46,186 nucleotides of DNA from Phycisphaerae bacterium (GTDB lineage: Bacteria; Planctomycetota; Phycisphaerae; UBA1845; PWPN01). Where the stretch lies: positions 1-46,186 of the forward strand of contig BTUC01000005.1 of the NCBI GenBank assembly GCA_045863575.1. Direction: 5' to 3'. The notes beneath the pieces were generated by a model. It ran no database searches. It saw nothing but the letters and a program-made list of their open reading frames with translations, and was not told the origin of the DNA. The position numbers were made by a program, and so were the translations under genes. Shown here piece after piece: positions 40,356-46,186 of the stretch (position 1 is the first letter of the stretch; every line of letters starts with the position of its first letter).

Positions 40356-40985
40356 ATGGCACCCGACCCCCAACACGCAGTGCTGGCTGACGCAGCACGC
40401 ATGCAGCCGAACGAGCTCATCAGCGCGCCCGCCGAGATTCCGCTCGATCTGCCCGGACAATGGTATGTCGCCCACACGCGTTCTCGGAACGAGAAGATCC
40501 TGGCGAACGAGCTGACTCGCCTGCGGATCTTCAATTATCTTCCGCTCACGCAACGCACCACCCGAAGTGCCGTCACCCGGCGGCTCTCTCGAAGTACAGT
40601 GCCGGTGTTTCCAGGGTATCTGTTCTTCAATGGGAGCGAGGACGAGCGGTATCTTGCGCTGCGGACGAACCGGATCGCCCGCGTGCTGGAGGTCATCAAT
40701 CAGCAGGAGCTGATCGGTGAAATCCGGCGGATCCACGCGCTGCTCAGCAGCACCGACGAGTTCGATGTCTCCAACCGGCTGGCGGTGGGGGACTGGGGAC
40801 GGATCATCGCGGGTCCGCTACGGGGCCTGGAAGGGGTAGTGACCCGGACGGGGGGGCGGTGGCGCTTGAGCATGAATGTGACCATCCTCGGCCAGAGCGT
40901 CAATGTCGAGGTGGATTCCGAGAGTGTCGAGCCGGCCGAGCCGCCGGGCGAGACGGGAGTTGTGCACGCTCCGCCCGGACGTTAG
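40356..40985 (+). CDS. NusG paralogue (RfaH/UpxY/LoaP-like) transcription antiterminator
   Basis: NGN domain WYVAHTRSRNEK...PVFPGYLF; KOW domain GDWGRIIAGPLRGLEGVV; heads a polysaccharide gene cluster. Confidence 0.9.
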   Translation: MAPDPQHAVLADAARMQPNELISAPAEIPLDLPGQWYVAHTRSRNEKILANELTRLRIFNYLPLTQRTTRSAVTRRLSRSTVPVFPGYLFFNGSEDERYLALRTNRIARVLEVINQQELIGEIRRIHALLSSTDEFDVSNRLAVGDWGRIIAGPLRGLEGVVTRTGGRWRLSMNVTILGQSVNVEVDSESVEPAEPPGETGVVHAPPGR

Positions 40986-40993
40986 CGATGATC

Positions 40994-41251
40994 CCAGCAG
41001 GGTACGGGACCGGTTTCCCACCGGTGTACACGGGCTGACATTCGGTGTCGCATGGGAACGACGGGGGTAGGCACGTCGTATCGCCTGTGAACTCCCGCGT
41101 CTGTGAGGCCGGAGGCGGGCTACCGCCAGCACAGATGAACGTCGGCGAGGGGCCGATCGTACCAACCATCAAGCTGTGGCACTCCAGTAAGTTACATCAT
41201 CTCGAGTCGCCTGGGTTTCACGGAGGGGCGCTCGGTTGATTCTCTTGCTGG
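40994..41251 (+). ncRNA. Candidate structured cis-acting RNA (unassigned)
   Basis: About ten nested helices with a closing stem CCAGCAG/UUGCUGG and a possible pseudoknot; see findings. Confidence 0.55.
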
Positions 41252-41382
41252 CGTTTTGGACGGCCGATATTATTCGGGCGTCCCCTTCAGTAACGAAGGA
41301 ACGCCTCACCAGGAGCTGAACGCACTTGTCCGGCTCATAACGCCTGACGGGGACGGAGTTTGCGCAGAGCGAGGCGCTGGAT

Positions 41383-41448
41383 GTAGCCTCCGGCCTCCAT
41401 GCCGGACGTTCTGACCAGCAAACGGCCGACACGGAGATCGGCCGCTAC
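41383..41448. repeat. REPIN (family A)
   Basis: GTAGCCTCCGGCCTCCATGCCGGACGTT ... AACGGCCGACACGGAGATCGGCCGCTAC. Confidence 0.75.
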
Positions 41449-41521
41449 GGAATAGTCGCTCGGGTCGAGCCAATCACGCGATCGCGGGCCGAAAACACGG
41501 CTAACAAGGCTGAGACAGCAT

Positions 41522-42469
41522 ATGTCGCATGCGGTGGTTACCGGCGCGGCCGGTTTTATCGGGTCCCACGTATGTGAGGCCATGCTGGCCCGCGGCTGGC
41601 GGATCACCGGCGTGGATTCGTTCGATTCGTTCTACGACCCGCAGCGGAAACGCCGCAATGTGGCCGGTCTGGTTGGACAGGAGGGCTTCGCTCTGGTCGA
41701 GGCCGACATCCGCGACGCGACGGCCATGGACCGTGTGATCGGTGGGGGGGCGGACGCGATCGTGCACCTGGCGGCCCGGGCGGGGGTCCGGCCGTCCATC
41801 GAGAATCCGCTGCTGTACAACGACGTCAACGTACAGGGCACCGGCGTGCTGCTGGAAGCGGCGCGGAAGTTCAGCGTGCCCAAGTTCGTGTTCGCCAGCA
41901 GTTCCAGCGTCTACGGCAACAACCCCAAGGTGCCCTTCAGCGAAGACGACCGCGTGGATAACCCCATCTCCCCCTACGCCGCCACCAAGAAGGCCGGTGA
42001 GCTGATCTGCCACACGTACCACCATCTGTACGGCTTGAATGTGAGTTGCCTGCGGTTCTTCACCGTCTACGGTCCGCGCCAGCGCCCGGACCTGGCCATT
42101 CACAAGTTCGCGCGGCTGATCGAGGACGAGCGGCCCATTCCGTTCTTCGGCGACGGCAGCATGATGCGCGATCATACCTACATCGATGACATCGTGGCCG
42201 GCGTGGTCGCATCGGTCGAACAGTGTGGGGGGTATAAGATCTATAACCTGGGTAACTCCAGCCCGGTCTCGCTGGCCGACCTGGTGGCTGGCATCGAGGC
42301 AGCCCTGGGAAAGAAGGCGTTGATCGAGCGGCTGGGCACGCAGCCAGGCGACGTCGAGCGCACGTACGCGGATGTCAGCCGGGCCCGTGCAGAACTCGGT
42401 TATGAACCCCGGACCGACCTGAAGACGGGGCTGGCCCGCTTCGTCGCCTGGCTGCGCCAGGAAGGCTGA
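41522..42469 (+). CDS. NAD-dependent epimerase (UDP-glucuronate 4-epimerase-like)
   Basis: TGAAGFIG, HLAARAGVRPS, ASSSSVYG, YAATK, RFFTVYGPRQRPDLA. Confidence 0.92.
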   Translation: MSHAVVTGAAGFIGSHVCEAMLARGWRITGVDSFDSFYDPQRKRRNVAGLVGQEGFALVEADIRDATAMDRVIGGGADAIVHLAARAGVRPSIENPLLYNDVNVQGTGVLLEAARKFSVPKFVFASSSSVYGNNPKVPFSEDDRVDNPISPYAATKKAGELICHTYHHLYGLNVSCLRFFTVYGPRQRPDLAIHKFARLIEDERPIPFFGDGSMMRDHTYIDDIVAGVVASVEQCGGYKIYNLGNSSPVSLADLVAGIEAALGKKALIERLGTQPGDVERTYADVSRARAELGYEPRTDLKTGLARFVAWLRQEG

Positions 42470-42471
42470 CC

Positions 42472-42633
42472 GTGTGCCACTGCTGTGCTTGCCCCGCCGA
42501 AGCCTGTTTGCGCAGGCGGATCAGCAGTGCCGATTGAAATCGAATTTGACGTGTGCCACTGCTGTGTCAGCAGTGGTTGGATGTCAGGGACGCTCCTTTT
42601 GCTCCCGGCACTGTTCACAGAGCAGTGGCACAC
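42472..42633. repeat. Cluster of three GTGTGCCACTGCT-type REP-like elements (family C)
   Basis: GTGTGCCACTGCTGTG at 42472 and 42551; inverted copy CACTGTTCACAGAGCAGTGGCACAC at 42609-42633. Confidence 0.7.
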
Positions 42634-42656
42634 GGGGATGGCTGGCAGGCCCACAG

Positions 42657-42684
42657 AACGTCCGGCAGGGACGCCGGACGCTAC
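42657..42684 (-). repeat. Single REP (family A)
   Basis: AACGTCCGGCAGGGACGCCGGACGCTAC. Confidence 0.75.
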
Positions 42685-42730
42685 AACGGCCGGGATTGCC
42701 GAGTCGCTGGGCGGGTTGATCGAGGCGTGA

Positions 42731-43780
42731 ATGAGTGCGAATCCTTCCTCCAGTCGTCCGGGCGGTGCCGCGCGTAAGGCGCTGATCACCGGTATCACCG
42801 GCCAGGACGGCAGCTACCTGGCGGAACTGCTGCTGGAGAAGGGCTACGAAGTGCACGGCATCGTGCGGCGGTCAAGCTCGTTCAGCACCGACCGCATCGA
42901 GCACCTGTACAGCGATCCGCACCAGTCGGACGCGCGGCTGTTCCTGCACTATGGCGATCTGACCGACGGCGGGAGCCTGCGGCACGTGCTGTGGACGGTG
43001 GGGCCCGACGAGATCTACAACCTGGCGGCCCAGTCGCACGTCCGGGTCAGCTTCGACCAGCCGGAATTCACGGTGGACGTGGACGCGCTGGGCACCTTGC
43101 GGCTGCTGGACGCCGTCCGCGACACGCAGGTGCCGGCCCGCTTTTACCAGGCGTCCAGCAGCGAGATGTACGGCCAGGTGGTGGAGACGCCGCAGCGCGA
43201 GACGACGCCGTTTCACCCGCGCAGCCCGTATGCCTGCGCGAAGGTCTACAGCTACTGGCAGACCATCAACTACCGCGAAGCCTACGGCCTGTTCGCCTGC
43301 AACGGCATCCTTTTCAATCACGAGAGCCCGCGGCGCGGCGAGACCTTCGTGACCCGCAAGATCACGCGGGCGGCCACGCGGATCAAGCTGGGCCTGCAGG
43401 ACAAGCTCTACCTGGGCAACCTGGATGCCAAGCGCGACTGGGGTTACGCCGGAGATTTCGTCGAGGCCATGTGGCTCATGCTCCAGCAGGACACGCCGGA
43501 GGATTACGTCATCGCCACCGGCGAGACGCACTCCGTGCAGGAGTTCCTGGAGGCGGCGTTCGGGCTGCTGGGTCTCGACTGGCATCAACACGTGATGCAG
43601 GACGCGCGCTACCTCCGCCCGTCGGAGGTGGACTGTCTGCAGGGCGACCCCTCCAAGGCGGCGGCGCGGTTGGGGTGGAAGCCACGCGTGACCTTCAAGG
43701 AACTCGTGGCCATGATGGTGGCTGCGGACCTGAAACACGCCGAGTGCGAGAGAGTGCTGAAGGAAAGGCAGTTGGCCTGA
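42731..43780 (+). CDS. gmd: GDP-mannose 4,6-dehydratase
   Basis: [57 protein letters not shown]. Confidence 0.97.
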   Translation: MSANPSSSRPGGAARKALITGITGQDGSYLAELLLEKGYEVHGIVRRSSSFSTDRIEHLYSDPHQSDARLFLHYGDLTDGGSLRHVLWTVGPDEIYNLAAQSHVRVSFDQPEFTVDVDALGTLRLLDAVRDTQVPARFYQASSSEMYGQVVETPQRETTPFHPRSPYACAKVYSYWQTINYREAYGLFACNGILFNHESPRRGETFVTRKITRAATRIKLGLQDKLYLGNLDAKRDWGYAGDFVEAMWLMLQQDTPEDYVIATGETHSVQEFLEAAFGLLGLDWHQHVMQDARYLRPSEVDCLQGDPSKAAARLGWKPRVTFKELVAMMVAADLKHAECERVLKERQLA

Positions 43781-43835
43781 GGTCGGCCTCTTCGTAACTG
43801 GCGGATTTGGATCGGCTGCTGGTTCGGAACTGAGA

Positions 43836-45014
43836 ATGGATATGCTTGCGGTTGCTTACCGACCGCCCATGGAGTTCCTCAAGGAGCTCTGGCCGGTGGC
43901 CCTTGTATCTCTCGCCGTGGCGCTGGCGGCCACGCCGGTATGCCGGGCGCTGGCCCGCAGGTACCGGGTCGTGGACCGCCCCGACGACTTCCTGAAACCG
44001 CACAAGCGGCCCATTCCCTACCTGGGCGGCGTGGCCATCTGCGCCGGCTGGGCGGCGGGCATCCTGGTGGCCTTGGCCCTCGGCGTGCAGGTCCGGCCGG
44101 GAGTCCTGGCCGGCATTCTCATCGCCGGAGTGGCCATCATGATCGTTGGGCTGCTGGATGATCTGCGGGCCATGACCCCGAAGGTCAAGCTGGTTCTGAA
44201 TATCGCGGTGGGACTCTTTCTGCTGTGGGTGGGCATCGGCAGCAACTCGTTCCACATTTTTGTCCGGGCGTCGGTGGCCGCGGGGGATCCCACGCTGGAA
44301 TGGCTCGAACTGATGCTGTCCGTGCCGTTCACGCTCTTCATCATTGTCGGAGCGTGCAACGCGACCAACCTGATCGACGGCGTGGATGGCCTGTGCAGCG
44401 GCGTCCTGGGGATCATCTCACTGGGCTTCTTCGTCGTGGCCCTGCACATGGCGGGTTCCAGCGCGGGTCAGCCGCTCAGCAACGAGCGTCTGGTGCTTTC
44501 GCTGGCCATGCTCGGGGCGGCGGCGGGTTTCCTGCCCTACAACACGAACCCGGCATCCATCTTCATGGGTGATGCCGGGTCCATGCTGCTGGGCCTGAAT
44601 GCCGCCGTGCTGATCCTGCTGTTTGGTGAGCCGGGGTTCATCAAGTGGATGCTGTCGGCGGTCATCGTGTTCGGGCTGCCCATCTCGGACATGGCTTTGG
44701 CCATGATCCGCCGCTGGCGCAACGCCCAGCCGCTCATGCTGGGGGACCGCAGCCACTTTTACGACCAGTTGGTAGACCGCGGCTTCACGGTGCGCCAGGT
44801 GGTGGCCATCAGTTACGCGCTGACCATCGCCTTCGCGTCCATCGGCTGCGGCGCGGCCGTGTTCCTGCGGACCCGGCACGTCATTCTGGTGTTCCTGGGG
44901 GTGGTGGCCGCGGTGGTGCTGGCGATCGCCAAGTTCCACATGGTCGAACTGCTGCCGCCGGAGCAGAGACGCTACTCGGTGAATGTGCAGAGCCGGGTCA
45001 AGGAACACGCCTGA
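43836..45014 (+). CDS. MraY/WecA family undecaprenyl-phosphate HexNAc-1-phosphate transferase
   Basis: KPHKRPIPYLGG, GLLDD, NATNLIDGVDGL, IFMGDAGS, DRSHFYD. Confidence 0.9.
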   Translation: MDMLAVAYRPPMEFLKELWPVALVSLAVALAATPVCRALARRYRVVDRPDDFLKPHKRPIPYLGGVAICAGWAAGILVALALGVQVRPGVLAGILIAGVAIMIVGLLDDLRAMTPKVKLVLNIAVGLFLLWVGIGSNSFHIFVRASVAAGDPTLEWLELMLSVPFTLFIIVGACNATNLIDGVDGLCSGVLGIISLGFFVVALHMAGSSAGQPLSNERLVLSLAMLGAAAGFLPYNTNPASIFMGDAGSMLLGLNAAVLILLFGEPGFIKWMLSAVIVFGLPISDMALAMIRRWRNAQPLMLGDRSHFYDQLVDRGFTVRQVVAISYALTIAFASIGCGAAVFLRTRHVILVFLGVVAAVVLAIAKFHMVELLPPEQRRYSVNVQSRVKEHA

Positions 45015-45044
45015 AGGCGGTTATTACACAACCGGGAGTCTGTC

Positions 45045-46186
45045 ATGTCCGTACGATTGGCGATTCATCCCGTGCCCAGCAGCTTTTCAGATCGCTGGCT
45101 GGAGTATTGCCGCCAGCAGGGGATCGATCACTATACGGTCAATTGCTTTGATTGCGATATCGTCGAGCATCTGCGTCCCGCGGACGCGCTGATGTGGCAC
45201 ATCACACACGGTGTCTCACGGGACGTCATCCTGGGGGTCCATCTGGTCCGGGCTCTGGAGGCCATGGGCCTGATCGTGTTTCCCAGCTCTGCAACCTTCT
45301 GGCACTACGACGACAAACTGGCCCAGAAATACCTCTTGGAGGCGGTGGCAGCACCTCTGGTGCCGACGTACATCTTCTATGGCCTCCAGGAGGCGATGGA
45401 CTGGATCGATCAGGCGTCCTTTCCCAAGGTGTTTAAACTCCGGCGCGGAGCGGGTTCGCAGAACGTGAGGCTGGTTCGGACGGCCGATGAAGCGCGTGGC
45501 CTGGCTAAGCGATGCTTCGGTCAAGGTTTTAAACCTGTGGCCGGCATTCTGGCCGACGGCCTGGTGAAGCTGAAAAAGCACCGTCAGCGCGGCGATGTCG
45601 CCGCTGCGCTGAAGCGGTTGCCGGCGACTTTGAAGAACATCTACAACGCGAACCGCATGCTCCCGCGCGAGAAGAGCTATGCCCTGTTCCAGGAGTTTCT
45701 TCCGGGGAATACGTACGATACCCGAATCACGGTGATCGGCGACCGGGCATTCGGTTTCACGCGCAACGTGCGGAAGAATGACTTCCGGGCTTCCGGCAGT
45801 GGCAGCATCGATTATAACCTGAAGCGCGTGGGGCTGGACTGCGTCGAAATCGCCTTCGCCGTGGCCAGGCGTATCGGCTCGCAGAGCCTCTGCTTCGATT
45901 TCGTTCGCGACGCCAATGGCCGGGCGATGATCGTGGAGATCAGCTACATGTACCTGGCCGGCCCTGTCCACCAGTGCGCCGGCCACTGGGATGCCAGCCT
46001 GAACTTCCACGAGGGTCAGGTCTGGCCGCAAGACGCCATTCTGGACGACCTGCTGGACGAGTTGCCGGAAGCGACATGGCGGGCGGCATACGGCTTCCCC
46101 TGTATGTTTGCCGGCGGCAAGGTGTTCGGGCTGTACGACGGCGACTTCATCGTCCTGCGCTTCCGGCCTGAGCAAATCGAGACGCT
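45045..46186 (+). CDS. RimK-like ATP-grasp protein of polysaccharide clusters, running off the window with a TfoX-N-like extension
   Basis: Absent from ORF track (no stop). MSVRLAIH..SFSDRW; FWHYDDKLAQKYLLE; FPKVFKLRRGAGSQNV; FQEFLPGN.YD.R; DFRASGSG; EISY. Confidence 0.85.
   Translation, partial: MSVRLAIHPVPSSFSDRWLEYCRQQGIDHYTVNCFDCDIVEHLRPADALMWHITHGVSRDVILGVHLVRALEAMGLIVFPSSATFWHYDDKLAQKYLLEAVAAPLVPTYIFYGLQEAMDWIDQASFPKVFKLRRGAGSQNVRLVRTADEARGLAKRCFGQGFKPVAGILADGLVKLKKHRQRGDVAAALKRLPATLKNIYNANRMLPREKSYALFQEFLPGNTYDTRITVIGDRAFGFTRNVRKNDFRASGSGSIDYNLKRVGLDCVEIAFAVARRIGSQSLCFDFVRDANGRAMIVEISYMYLAGPVHQCAGHWDASLNFHEGQVWPQDAILDDLLDELPEATWRAAYGFPCMFAGGKVFGLYDGDFIVLRFRPEQIET

Noticed and set aside
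41119-41127. ops-like GGCGGTAGC near the NusG paralogue
   Set aside because: Present only on the template (minus) strand and explained by a hairpin; the + strand has only the imperfect GGGGGTAG (41063-41070)

Overview
GC-rich bacterial chromosomal window, most likely Planctomycetota (Phycisphaerae-like). That is inferred from the dockerin-like DxDGDGDVDQEDFG and Cys-rich C-termini, the CxxCGYDL zinc-ribbon membrane protein, Tat-exported Gfo/Idh/MocA proteins and a BlaI/M56 pair. In order it holds: a partial DUF790 nuclease, rny with an upstream 6S-like RNA and a further structured ~300 nt leader, DsbD, an oxidoreductase, a TPR-YggX fusion, DUF6941, a methyltransferase, a YidE-type transporter, a BNR-repeat protein, a giant BlaR1/M56 with BlaI and its operators, a heme-c hybrid kinase, cysK, vanZ and a sulfatase. 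Next is a LacI-associated locus of secreted proteins bracketed by two inverted paralogues, one with a nested (Russian-doll) domain duplication. The window ends with a saccharopine dehydrogenase and the start of a surface-polysaccharide operon (NusG paralogue, epimerase, gmd, WecA-like, ATP-grasp). The most notable unexplained signal is a ~260 nt multi-junction, possibly pseudoknotted RNA directly downstream of the NusG/RfaH/UpxY paralogue and ahead of the polysaccharide genes, a candidate antitermination RNA. Several REP/REPIN-like families and gene remnants lie in the intergenic spaces. All structures were folded by eye and all family calls are from motif recognition, not database searches.
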